From an uncultured Alphaproteobacteria bacterium (GTDB taxonomy: Bacteria > Pseudomonadota > Alphaproteobacteria > Rhizobiales > Kaistiaceae): a stretch of 24,000 nt of DNA. The first letter of the stretch is position 1, and each line of letters opens with the position of its first letter. Location: NCBI GenBank assembly GCA_963823045.1, contig CAWGKA010000009.1, positions 189,437-213,436 of the forward strand, given 5' to 3'. Below are positions 10,201 through 18,112 of the stretch, in pieces. A program made the position numbers and the translations under genes. Under the pieces are notes generated by a model that saw only the letters and a program-made list of their open reading frames with translations, was not told the DNA's origin and did not search any database.

Positions 10201-10824
10201 CTGCTGGAGGCCCTGCCCGCCCATGATGAAAGCCAGCGCCGCGCGGCAGCGATCCGCTATCTCGAGGCGGTTGCTCCGGCCATGGGCGCGACCGCTCGCG
10301 AAGCGTTGGTCTCGGAGGTCCTCATCGTTCTTGCCGATGCGCGCTTTGCCGCGGTGTTCGCGCCGGGCAGCCAGGCCGAGATCGACATTGCGGCCGAGAT
10401 GGCGACGGGCGACGGCGATGCCTCGCTGTCGGGTCGCATCGACCGCCTGGCGGTGACGGATCACGAAGTCCTGATCGTCGACTACAAGACGAACCGGCCG
10501 GCGCCGCCCAGCCTCGACAAGGTGCCGGAGGCCTATGTGGTTCAGCTGGCGCTCTATGCCCGCGTTCTCGGCCGGCTCTATCCGGAACGACAGATTCGCA
10601 CGGCTTTGCTGTGGACGGATATCCCGGCGCTGATGCCGATTCCCGAGGAGAGGCTGGAAGCCGCCGCCAGGCGCGCGCTCGGCTCCAGCGACAATGGCGG
10701 AACCCCGCCAATTCGGCTCGGGTTGACGCTGACCCGGCGGCTTCCTACCTTTCGGCGACATCAATCGAGGTTTCCTCCATGCCAACTAAAGTTACCGACG
10801 GTTCGTTCGAGCAGGACGTGCTGA
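7199..10824 (+). pseudogene. addA: Double-strand break repair helicase-nuclease AddA (UvrD/Rep-like), interrupted by at least 5 frame changes as sequenced; 3' end uncertain
   Basis: The protein starts MTARREIDPTTKQRQSDASAPNRSAWVSANAGSGKTHVL (Walker A). Other motifs include LKIQTVHAFC, ILLDEAQDTSP, VGDEKQSIYSFQGA, VMTVHGAKGLEADVVFL, LLYVGLTRARDRLYV and the nuclease motif [23 protein letters not shown]. Frame changes lie near 7422, 7449, 7525 (these three cancel, so the track ORF stays open), 8699 and 9939. The final frame runs to 10824 and overlaps the trxA start by 46 nt. One more +1 shift would give a stop at 10724-10726. Confidence 0.85.
10723..10750 (+). promoter_or_regulatory. Candidate sigma-70-type promoter of trxA
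   Basis: TTGACG (10723-10728), 16 nt spacer, CTACCT (10745-10750). The same TTGACG..CCGGCGGCT..CCTAC architecture recurs upstream of the second thioredoxin. Confidence 0.35.
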
Positions 10825-11096
10825 ATTCAGCCGAGCCTGTCGTGGTCGATTTCTGGGCGGAGTGGTGCGGCCCCTGTCACGCCATCGCACCGGCGCTCGA
10901 GGAGCTCGCCACCGAGCTCGACGGCAAGGTGACCATCGCCAAGCTGAATATCGACGAGAACCCGCAGACGGCGATCCGCTACGGCGTTCGCTCGATCCCG
11001 ACGCTGATCATGTTCAAGAACGGCGAGCCGATGGCGATGCAGGTCGGCGCCGCGCCGAAGAGCCGCCTTTCGGATTGGATTCACAAAGCCATCTAG
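10779..11096 (+). CDS. trxA: Thioredoxin (canonical WCGPC active site)
   Basis: 105-aa protein [43 protein letters not shown]...[16 protein letters not shown] lies 9 nt upstream of the ATG. WCGPC is encoded at 10863-10877. Confidence 0.92.
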   Translation: MPTKVTDGSFEQDVLNSAEPVVVDFWAEWCGPCHAIAPALEELATELDGKVTIAKLNIDENPQTAIRYGVRSIPTLIMFKNGEPMAMQVGAAPKSRLSDWIHKAI

Positions 11097-11122
11097 GACC
11101 AATGTCCTCGTTTGCTGGAAGA

Positions 11123-11150
11123 GGCCGCGCCTTCGGGCGCGGCCTTTTTC
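11123..11150 (+). terminator. Rho-independent terminator after trxA
   Basis: ggccgcgcc (11123-11131), loop ttcg, ggcgcggcc (11136-11144), followed by TTTTT (11145-11149). Confidence 0.75.
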
Positions 11151-11167
11151 ATGGGCAATGCCGGGCG

Positions 11168-11196
11168 TTGACGGTTTCGACCGGCGGCTCCTACGC
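11168..11196 (+). promoter_or_regulatory. Candidate sigma-70-type promoter of the second thioredoxin
   Basis: TTGACG (11168-11173), 17 nt spacer containing CCGGCGGCT, then CTACGC (11191-11196). It is paralogous to the element at 10723-10750. Confidence 0.35.
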
Positions 11197-11229
11197 TTGC
11201 TTCCCGATTCGCTAGCCAAGGCCCCAATC

Positions 11230-11547
11230 ATGACAGCGGAAGTCACTGACGGTTCGTTCGAGCAGGACGTCCTCAACTCGGCCGGCCCAGTAGTGGTCGA
11301 CTTCTGGGCGCAATGGTGCCCGCCCTGCCACGCCATCGCACCGGCGCTGGAAGAACTCGCCGGCGAGCTCGAAGGCCAGGTGACGATCGCCAAGCTCAAC
11401 ACCGACGACAATCCGCGCGTCGCCAGCACCTATGGCATCCGCTCGATCCCGACGCTGATCATGTTCAAGAACGGCGAGCCGACGGCGATGCATGTCGGCG
11501 CGGCGCCGAAGAGCAAACTCTCCGACTGGATCCGCAAGGCGATCTGA
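11230..11547 (+). CDS. Thioredoxin paralog with variant WCPPC active site
   Basis: 105-aa protein [43 protein letters not shown]...[12 protein letters not shown]. It is collinear with trxA at about 80% amino-acid identity by eye. WCPPC is encoded at 11314-11328 (tgg tgc ccg ccc tgc). Confidence 0.88.
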   Translation: MTAEVTDGSFEQDVLNSAGPVVVDFWAQWCPPCHAIAPALEELAGELEGQVTIAKLNTDDNPRVASTYGIRSIPTLIMFKNGEPTAMHVGAAPKSKLSDWIRKAI

Positions 11548-11554
11548 TTGCCGC

Positions 11555-12841
11555 CTATTGCGGCGGCGTGCCGTTGAGATCGAGCACGAGGCCGGCCAGG
11601 TAGAGCGATCCGCAGATGAGCACGCGAGGCTCGGGCGTCTCGGCGCGCTCGGCGATGCCGGCGAGCGCCGCCTCGACCGAGGGCGCGGTGCGGGCATCGA
11701 TGCCCGAAGCCGTGGCGGCGGCGACGATCTCATCGGGCGTGTATCCGGCGTGGCCGGGAACCGGCACGGCGGTCAGCGAACGGACGAGGCCGGCAAAAGG
11801 CTCCAGGAACGCCGCGGGGTGCTTGGTGTCGATCATGCCCATGATGAGGTGAAGCGGCCGCCGGGCACGATCCTCCAGGTCAGCCATGACCTCCGCGACA
11901 ACGGCTGCGGCGCCGGCATTGTGTCCGCCATCGAGCCAAATCTCGCCGATGCGGTCCTTCACCGGATCAACGAGCCGACCCGACGAAAGGCGCTGCATCC
12001 GCGCCGGCCAATCGGCGTTCTGGAGGCCGTGCTCGATCGCCTCCACCGGAACGTCGAGATCGGTGACGCGGAGCGCCGCAATCGCGCTCCCGGCATTGGC
12101 GAATTGATGGCGGCCGATGAGCCGCGGCGGCGGCAAGTCGAGCAGCCCATCCTCGTCCTGATAGACGAGCCGGCCGCGTTCCGAATAGGCCTGCCAATCC
12201 CGGTTGGCGATCGCCATCGGCGCGTTCTGCGCGGCGGCAACGTGCTCCAGCACGGCGAGAGCTTCTTCCATTTGCGGGCCGATGATCACAGGCCGGCCGG
12301 GCTTGATGATGCCGGCCTTCTCGCCCGCGATCTCGCTGATCGTGTTGCCGAGGAATCGTTCATGGTCGATGGCGATCGGCGTGATCACCGCGACAAGCGG
12401 ATCGTCGATGACATTGGTGGCGTCGAGACGGCCGCCGAGGCCGACTTCAAGAAGGGCGACGTCGGCTGAGATGTCTGCGAAGATCTGGAACGCGGCGGCC
12501 GTCGTGATCTCGAAATGGGTGATCGGCTCGCCATTGTTGATGCGTTCGACGCGAAGCAGTGCCTCGACCAGCGTGTCGTCGTCGATGAAATGCGAGCCGC
12601 CGAAAGCGCCGACACGGATGCGCTCGTGAAAGCGGACGAGATGCGGCGAGGTGTAGGTATGCACGCGCTTGCCATCGGCTTCCAGAATGGCGCGCAGATA
12701 CGCCGTCACCGAGCCCTTGCCGTTGGTGCCGGCGACATGGATCACCGGCGGCAGGCGACGTTCGGGATGGCCCAACGCCGCGAGCAGGCGACGGACACGA
12801 TCGAGCGATAGGTCGATCTCCTGCGGATGCAGCGACAGCAT
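11555..12841 (-). CDS. folC: Bifunctional folylpolyglutamate synthase / dihydrofolate synthase
   Basis: 428-aa ORF with LHPQEIDLSLDRVRRLL, HVAGTNGKGSV (P-loop) and Mur-ligase-like middle and C-terminal parts. The start is uncertain. Conserved-looking residues (PPILNR) continue upstream of ATG 12841 without a start codon, and a TTG at 12872 sits one base out of frame. Confidence 0.85.
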   Translation of the reverse strand: MLSLHPQEIDLSLDRVRRLLAALGHPERRLPPVIHVAGTNGKGSVTAYLRAILEADGKRVHTYTSPHLVRFHERIRVGAFGGSHFIDDDTLVEALLRVERINNGEPITHFEITTAAAFQIFADISADVALLEVGLGGRLDATNVIDDPLVAVITPIAIDHERFLGNTISEIAGEKAGIIKPGRPVIIGPQMEEALAVLEHVAAAQNAPMAIANRDWQAYSERGRLVYQDEDGLLDLPPPRLIGRHQFANAGSAIAALRVTDLDVPVEAIEHGLQNADWPARMQRLSSGRLVDPVKDRIGEIWLDGGHNAGAAAVVAEVMADLEDRARRPLHLIMGMIDTKHPAAFLEPFAGLVRSLTAVPVPGHAGYTPDEIVAAATASGIDARTAPSVEAALAGIAERAETPEPRVLICGSLYLAGLVLDLNGTPPQ

Positions 12842-12899
12842 CCGATTGAGGATGGGCGGTGGAGCGGTCCAACGCGTCAGCTTTCCGGAAGAAATCCGA

Positions 12900-13874
12900 T
12901 CAGGCTTGAGGCTGCTCGGCGCCGTCGCCCGCCGGAACGGTCTCGACCTTCTCGGCGATCGGCGGCTCCGGCAGCGCCTTCTGGTGACCGATCCCCTTGC
13001 CGTTTCCGATCGTGCCTTCGAAATCGGCGTGGGTCGTCAGCAGTCGGCAGATACGGGCGATGACTTCGCGCAGATTGTGGCGATGCACGACCATATCGAT
13101 CATGCCGTGGTCGCGGAGATATTCGGCGCGCTGGAAGCCGTCGGGCAGCTTCTCGCGGATCGTCTGCTCGATGACGCGCGGACCGGCGAAGCCGATGAGC
13201 GCGCCGGGCTCGGCGATGTGGATGTCGCCCAGCATCGCATAGGACGCCGTGACGCCGCCGGTGGTTGGATTGGTGAGGACGACGATGAAGGGCAGCCCCT
13301 CCTCGCGAAGCCGCTGCACGGCAATCGTCGTGCGCGGCATCTGCATGAGCGAGAGGATGCCTTCCTGCATGCGCGCTCCGCCCGAGGCGGCGTACATCAC
13401 GAAAGGCTGGCGACGCTCGCGGGCGGCGTCGAGGCCGGTGATCACCGCCTGACCGGCGGCCATGCCGAGCGAGCCGCCCATGAAGGAGAAGTCCTGCACG
13501 GCCGAGACCATGGCGACGCCCTCAACCGTTCCGGCGCCGACGAGGATGGCGTCGGTCATGGCGGTCTTGGCGCGGGCGTCCTTGAGGCGGTCGGTATAGC
13601 GGCGCTCGTCGCGGAACTTCAGCGGATCGAGCGGTACCTCGGGCAGCGGGATATCCTCCCAGACGCCGTCATCGAAGAAATAGTCGAGGCGCGCCCGTGC
13701 GCCCATGCGCATGTGGTAGCCCGATGCCGGCACGACGAAATGGTTCTTTTCGAGGTCGCGGTGGAAGACCATCTCGCCGGTCTCCGGATCCTTGATCCAG
13801 AGATTCTCGGGCACCTCACGCTTGTTGAGGATGCCTTTCAGCTTCGGCCGGACAATGTTGTTGATCCAGTTCAA
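12900..13874 (-). CDS. accD: Acetyl-CoA carboxylase carboxyltransferase beta subunit
   Basis: 324-aa protein [16 protein letters not shown]...[13 protein letters not shown]...[10 protein letters not shown]..., starting at TTG with AAGGA 8 nt upstream. It lacks the Zn-finger, as in alphaproteobacterial AccD. Confidence 0.9.
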   Translation of the reverse strand: MNWINNIVRPKLKGILNKREVPENLWIKDPETGEMVFHRDLEKNHFVVPASGYHMRMGARARLDYFFDDGVWEDIPLPEVPLDPLKFRDERRYTDRLKDARAKTAMTDAILVGAGTVEGVAMVSAVQDFSFMGGSLGMAAGQAVITGLDAARERRQPFVMYAASGGARMQEGILSLMQMPRTTIAVQRLREEGLPFIVVLTNPTTGGVTASYAMLGDIHIAEPGALIGFAGPRVIEQTIREKLPDGFQRAEYLRDHGMIDMVVHRHNLREVIARICRLLTTHADFEGTIGNGKGIGHQKALPEPPIAEKVETVPAGDGAEQPQA

Positions 13875-13931
13875 GAGCGATCCTTCATCAGACAGGCTGG
13901 CCTGACAGGCCGTATTCCGTCGCCGAGCAGT

Positions 13932-14783
13932 TTAACCCGCAGTCTCGGCCCGCGCCAAACGCGTGCCCTCGGCGAGGCTGGCCACGAGGTCGCAAACGGC
14001 AGAAACCGTGGACTTTGTTGCCTTGTTGTCGGCGTCGAGCGTGCCCGCGATGGCGTTGACGATGGCCGAGCCGACGACCACGCCGTCCGACACCGCGCCG
14101 ATGGCGGCCACCTGTTCGGCCGTCTTGACGCCGAAACCGACGGCAACCGGCAGATGGGTGTGGCGCTTGATGCGTTCAACCGCCGCGACCACCTTCGCCG
14201 TGTCGGGCGCTGCGGTGCCGGTGATGCCGAGGATCGAGACGTAATAGACGAAGCCGGAGGTGTTGGTGAGGACGCGCGGCAAGCGCCTGTCGTCCGTCGT
14301 CGGCGTCGCCAGACGAATGAAGTTGATCTCGCGGGCAATGGCCGGCAGGCAGAGCTCGTCATCGGCCTCCGGCGGCAAATCGACGATGATCAGGCCATCG
14401 ACGCCTGCCGACTTGGCGTCGTCGAGGAAGCGCTCGTTTCCGTAGGAATAGATCGGATTGTAATAGCCCATGAGGACGAGCGGCGTCGTCTTGTCCTCGC
14501 GGCGGAAGGCGCGGACCATCTCCAGCGTCTTCACCATCGTCTCGCCGCTCTTCAGCGCCCGCTCCGAAGCGCGCTGGATCGGCGGGCCTTCGGCCATCGG
14601 ATCGGAGAAGGGCATGCCGAGCTCGATGACATCGGCGCCGGCCGAAGGCAGGCTCTTCAGGATTGCGAGCGAGGTGTCGTAGTCCGGGTCGCCGGCGGTG
14701 ATGAAGGTCACAAGCGCCGGCCGCTTGGCGGCGGCCGTTTCGGCGAAACGCTTGTCGATACGGGTTTGAGCTGATTGGGTCAC
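13932..14783 (-). CDS. trpA: Tryptophan synthase alpha subunit
   Basis: [39 protein letters not shown]...[17 protein letters not shown]...GFGV is typical TrpA (283 aa from GTG 14783). The open frame continues upstream without a stop into the DUF559 gene (track ORF 13932..15188). Confidence 0.85.
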   Translation of the reverse strand: MTQSAQTRIDKRFAETAAAKRPALVTFITAGDPDYDTSLAILKSLPSAGADVIELGMPFSDPMAEGPPIQRASERALKSGETMVKTLEMVRAFRREDKTTPLVLMGYYNPIYSYGNERFLDDAKSAGVDGLIIVDLPPEADDELCLPAIAREINFIRLATPTTDDRRLPRVLTNTSGFVYYVSILGITGTAAPDTAKVVAAVERIKRHTHLPVAVGFGVKTAEQVAAIGAVSDGVVVGSAIVNAIAGTLDADNKATKSTVSAVCDLVASLAEGTRLARAETAG

Positions 14784-15188
14784 GATGGCTGCGCTCGGCT
14801 GGTCTTGTGGAATGCGAGTTCTGCGTTTCGCGCCGCCAGTTCCGACCTGAACGGCAATTGTCTCAAGGCAGCCGGCAAGATCTTCCAGGACGTCGGAATT
14901 CCAGAACCGGATGGCTGTGAAACCTTGTGTTTCGAGCCAATTATCCCGCGTGGCGTCACGCGCATTGTCCGCATGTTGCGAGCCATCGACTTCCACGACC
15001 AACTTGGCTTTGAGGCAGGCGAAGTCCGCGATGTAGGGTCCGATCGGCGTTTGCTTACGCCAATGCGCGCCCCATGCGGGTGCGGCTTCGCGTATCCCTC
15101 GCCACAGTATCCGCTCTGCGTCGGTGAGATCTCGTCGCAGCCGTTTCGAGCGAATACGAGTGACCCGCGAGACGTTGGAATGCGGCAT
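14784..15188 (-). CDS. DUF559 (PF04480) endonuclease-like domain protein; no own stop codon, frame runs into trpA (3' boundary nominal)
   Basis: The protein reads [33 protein letters not shown]...[69 protein letters not shown]. This matches the DUF559 pattern (T.AE..LW, FRRQ-like, PIG.YI.DF.C, E.DG..H, RF.N..V). GGAG lies just upstream of ATG 15188. GC3 is visibly lower than in the neighbouring trp genes. Confidence 0.75.
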
Positions 15189-15201
15189 TGCTCCAGTAAC
15201 G

Positions 15202-15236
15202 CCCCTCCCCTAACCCCTCCCCACAAGGGGGAGGGG
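15202..15236. repeat. GC-rich hairpin repeat, copy A
   Basis: The sequence is cccctcccctaacccctccccacaagggggagggg. An internal hairpin pairs cccctcccc (15214-15222) with ggggagggg (15228-15236). Confidence 0.8.
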
Positions 15237-15310
15237 AACAGTAGCACATCGCGTTGTAACGACGTGCTGTTCCCGCTGACGGCGAATTCGGTCGTGCGGG
15301 GTCTTGCATT

Positions 15311-15346
15311 CCCTCCCCCCTTGTGGGGGAGGGATAGGGAGGGGGT
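15311..15346. repeat. GC-rich hairpin repeat, copy B (inverted relative to copy A)
   Basis: The sequence is ccctccccccttgtgggggagggatagggagggggt. Its reverse complement, accccctccctatccctcccccacaaggggggaggg, matches copy A at most positions. An internal hairpin pairs ccctccccc (15311-15319) with gggggaggg (15325-15333). Confidence 0.8.
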
Positions 15347-15357
15347 CTTCGCAACCA

Positions 15358-16572
15358 TCACAGTTCGAAGCCGAGGCGCTTGGCGACGGTGAAGACATCC
15401 TTGTCGCCGCGGCCGCAGAGATTCATCAGGATGATCTGGTCCTTCGCCATGGTCGGGGCGAGCTTGATGACATGCGCCAGCGCATGGGACGGCTCGAGCG
15501 CCGGGATGATGCCTTCGAGCCTGGTCAGCAGCTGGAAGGCGTCGAGCGCCTCGGTATCCGTCGCCGGAACATAGGTGACGCGGCCGGTATCCTTCAGCCA
15601 GGAATGCTCTGGGCCGACGCCTGGGTAGTCGAGGCCGGCCGAGATTGAATGGCCCTCGAGGATCTGCCCGTCGTCGTTCTGCAGGAGATAGGTGCGGTTG
15701 CCGTGGAGGACGCCCGGGCGGCCGCCCGTCATCGACGCGGCATGGCCGTTGTCGACGTCGAGGCCGTAGCCGCCGGCTTCGACGCCGAAGAGCGCGACCT
15801 CGCGATCGTCAAGGAACGGGTGGAAGAGGCCGATGGCGTTCGAGCCGCCGCCGATGCAGGCGACGGCCGCGTCAGGCAGACGGCCCTCGCGCGCCATCAT
15901 CTGCTCTTTCGCCTCGATGCCGATCACCGACTGGAAGTTCCGCACCATCTCCGGATAGGGATGCGGGCCGGCGGCGGTGCCGATGAGGTAGTAGGTGTCC
16001 TCGACATTGGTGACCCAGTCGCGGAGCGCCTCGTTCATGGCGTCCTTGAGCGTGCCGTTGCCGGCGGAAACCGGCTTCAGCTCGGCGCCGAGGAGCTTCA
16101 TGCGGAAGACGTTGGGCGCCTGCCGCTCGACGTCGGTCTCGCCCATATAGATGACGCAGGGCAGGCCGAATCGGGCGGCGACCGTCGCGGTGGCGACGCC
16201 ATGCTGGCCGGCGCCTGTCTCGGCGATGATCCGCGTCTTGCCCATGCGCCGGGCGAGGAGGATCTGGCCGAGGCAGTTGTTGATCTTGTGGCTGCCGGTG
16301 TGATTGAGCTCGTCGCGCTTGAAGTAGATCTTGGCGCCACCGAGATGCTCGGTCAGCCGCTCGGCGAAATAGAGCGGGCTCGGCCGGCCGGCATAGTGCT
16401 CAAGCAGGTCGTCGAGTTCGGCCTGGAAGGACGGATCGGCCTTCGCCGCCTCATAGGCCTCGTCCAGTTCGAGGATCAGCGGCATCAGCGTTTCGGCAAC
16501 GAAACGGCCGCCATAGAGGCCGAAGAAACCGCGCTCGTCCGGACCCGAGCGGAAGGTGTTGGCGACATTCAT
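15358..16572 (-). CDS. trpB: Tryptophan synthase beta subunit
   Basis: 404-aa ORF with HTGSHKINN (PLP lysine motif), [10 protein letters not shown] and GGGSNAIG. Its start overlaps the trpF stop by 4 nt (ATGA). Confidence 0.93.
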   Translation of the reverse strand: MNVANTFRSGPDERGFFGLYGGRFVAETLMPLILELDEAYEAAKADPSFQAELDDLLEHYAGRPSPLYFAERLTEHLGGAKIYFKRDELNHTGSHKINNCLGQILLARRMGKTRIIAETGAGQHGVATATVAARFGLPCVIYMGETDVERQAPNVFRMKLLGAELKPVSAGNGTLKDAMNEALRDWVTNVEDTYYLIGTAAGPHPYPEMVRNFQSVIGIEAKEQMMAREGRLPDAAVACIGGGSNAIGLFHPFLDDREVALFGVEAGGYGLDVDNGHAASMTGGRPGVLHGNRTYLLQNDDGQILEGHSISAGLDYPGVGPEHSWLKDTGRVTYVPATDTEALDAFQLLTRLEGIIPALEPSHALAHVIKLAPTMAKDQIILMNLCGRGDKDVFTVAKRLGFEL

Positions 16573-17237
16573 GGCAGCGTCTCCAGGGAAGTCTCGGCGG
16601 CAAGGCGCGCGGCGGCGACAAAGGCGCGGATGAGATCGGGGTCCTTGCGGCCCGGCGCCGTCTCGACGCCGGACGAAACGTCGACCGCCGCGGGTCGCGC
16701 GACGGCGATCGCCTCGGCGACATTGCCGGGATTGAGGCCGCCGGACAGCATGAACGGGCGATCCGCCTGCGCACCTTCGAGGATATTCCAGTCGAACGGT
16801 ACGCCATGACCGCCCGTGCGCGTGGCACCGACGGGTGGCCTTGCGTCGAAGAGGATCATGTCGGCAACGGAACGATAGTCCTCAGCGGCGGCGAGATCGG
16901 ATGGCTCGGAAACCGGCAGCGCCTTCAGCACGCGCCGGCCATAGCGCTTGGCAATCGCAGCCGTGCGCTCCGGCGTCTCGTGACCGTGCAACTGCAACCA
17001 ATCCGGCCGGACCGTTTCGACGATGTCATCTAGCACCGCGTCGTCGGCGTCGGACGTGAGCGCCACCGTCTCGGCGCGACCGGCGACACGCTGGCGCAGC
17101 CCAGCAGCACGGGTGGTGCCGACATAGCGCGGGCTTGCCGGATGGAAGACGAGGCCGATCATATCGGCGCCGGCATCCAGCGCCGCGTCGAGCGTCTCTT
17201 CAGTCGACAGACCGCAGATTTTGACAAGCATCGTCAT
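16569..17237 (-). CDS. trpF: Phosphoribosylanthranilate isomerase
   Basis: [31 protein letters not shown]...[12 protein letters not shown], 222 aa from ATG 17237. The upstream part of the 357-aa track ORF belongs to the LapA-like gene, read in a shifted frame. Confidence 0.85.
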   Translation of the reverse strand: MTMLVKICGLSTEETLDAALDAGADMIGLVFHPASPRYVGTTRAAGLRQRVAGRAETVALTSDADDAVLDDIVETVRPDWLQLHGHETPERTAAIAKRYGRRVLKALPVSEPSDLAAAEDYRSVADMILFDARPPVGATRTGGHGVPFDWNILEGAQADRPFMLSGGLNPGNVAEAIAVARPAAVDVSSGVETAPGRKDPDLIRAFVAAARLAAETSLETLP

Positions 17238-17302
17238 GGGCGGTGCTTTGGCACGATTGCCGCCCGATTGTCCACGAGGAGAAGGGCTAGGGCGTCGGCG
17301 CG

Positions 17303-17642
17303 TCAGGCGACGGGCTGGCGATCCGCAGGCAGCGGCAGCGACGTCGTGGCGCTGCGCGCGTGGTCGCGGTCGCGCTTCAGGCGTTCGATTTCGGCGTGAT
17401 CCTGTCGCGCCGCGCGGCGCCATTTCGGCTTGGCCGATCCAGGTGGCAACACCGCCGATGAGGACGCCGATGGCAACCGCGGCGAAGAGAAGCCAATAAA
17501 GCGGGATCTGGAAGGAAAGGGCCGGATCTTCGCCGCCGAATGGATCGATCGAGAAAGTGACGGAGCCGCGATTGGCGACCGACAGCGCGACGATCACGGC
17601 TACGATCGGAATGAGCAGAATGAGCTTGATCGCTCGTTTCAT
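17303..17642 (-). pseudogene. LapA-domain (DUF1049) small inner-membrane protein, one +1 frame change as sequenced
   Basis: The protein starts MKRAIKLILLIPIVAVIVALSVANRGSVTFSIDPFGGEDPALSFQIPLYWLLFAAVAIGVLIGGVATWIGQAE. It continues plausibly in the next frame as WRRAARQDHAEIERLKRDRDHARSATTSLPLPADRQPVA, ending at the stop at 17303-17305. The shift lies at the aaa run (plus-strand ttt 17423-17425). The span is 340 nt = 3n+1. Confidence 0.7.
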
Positions 17643-17654
17643 GGCACCCGACGG

Positions 17655-17939
17655 CTAGCTGCCGTTGTTGAGCCGCTCGCGCATTTCCTTGCCGGTCTTG
17701 AAGAACGGCACATGCTTCTCGTCGACTTGGACACGCGCGCCGGTGCGCGGATTGCGGCCAGTGCGCGCCGGACGGCTCTTCACGGAGAAGGCACCGAAGC
17801 CGCGCAGCTCCACACGATCGCCCTGCGCCAGGGCTTCCGTGATGGCATCAAGGATAGCGTTGACGATGTGCTCGACATCCCGCTGATACAGATGCGGGTT
17901 TTCCGCGGCGATCGCTTGAACCAGTTCCGACTTGATCAT
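17655..17939 (-). CDS. ihfB: Integration host factor beta subunit
   Basis: The 94-aa protein [91 protein letters not shown] is HU/IHF family and IHF-beta-like. A GAGGGGG Shine-Dalgarno sequence lies upstream of ATG 17939. Confidence 0.9.
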   Translation of the reverse strand: MIKSELVQAIAAENPHLYQRDVEHIVNAILDAITEALAQGDRVELRGFGAFSVKSRPARTGRNPRTGARVQVDEKHVPFFKTGKEMRERLNNGS

Positions 17940-17974
17940 CGAGCGGCCCCCTCGTCTCTGATCACCAAGATCAA

Positions 17975-18004
17975 AGCTAACCAAAGGGGGCCGTGCAGCG
18001 TCAA
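17975..18004 (-). promoter_or_regulatory. Candidate promoter of ihfB
   Basis: The minus strand reads TTGACG (18004-17999), 18 nt spacer, TTAGCT (17980-17975), about 35 nt upstream of the ihfB ATG. Confidence 0.25.
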
Positions 18005-18071
18005 GCATAAGACGCGGCGACAGCGAAGTTTTTTCCGATGGCGACAAGGATGCGACACTCGCCGGTGTCGA

Positions 18072-18098
18072 GCGGCGCCGCCCGCGGGGCGACGCCGC
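18072..18098 (-). terminator. Strong GC hairpin immediately after the rpsA stop; possible terminator without a U-tract
   Basis: On the minus strand gcggcgtcgccc, loop cgc, gggcggcgccgc forms a 12-bp stem with one G-U pair. No T-run follows. Confidence 0.3.
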
Positions 18099-18112
18099 CA
18101 ATCAGTGTTCGA

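Noticed and set aside
4106-10824. addB and addA as genuine decaying pseudogenes, implying loss of the AddAB pathway.
   Set aside because: The same kind of lesion (a single +1 shift) also interrupts rpsA and aroA, which cannot be dispensable. No stop-codon substitutions or deletions are seen, and the amino-acid sequence is well preserved in every segment. A sequence-quality artefact is more likely, though the local excess is noted as a finding.
16569-17642. A 357-aa ORF that looks like a LapA-TrpF fusion protein.
   Set aside because: The linker (APRGATGSRRNRTPEARPRPRAQRHD...) is nonsense sequence. The adjacent frame gives a natural LapA-type C-terminus (WRRAARQDHAEIERLKRDRDH...) with its own stop at 17303. 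trpF has its own ATG at 17237. The fusion is created by a single extra base near 17424.
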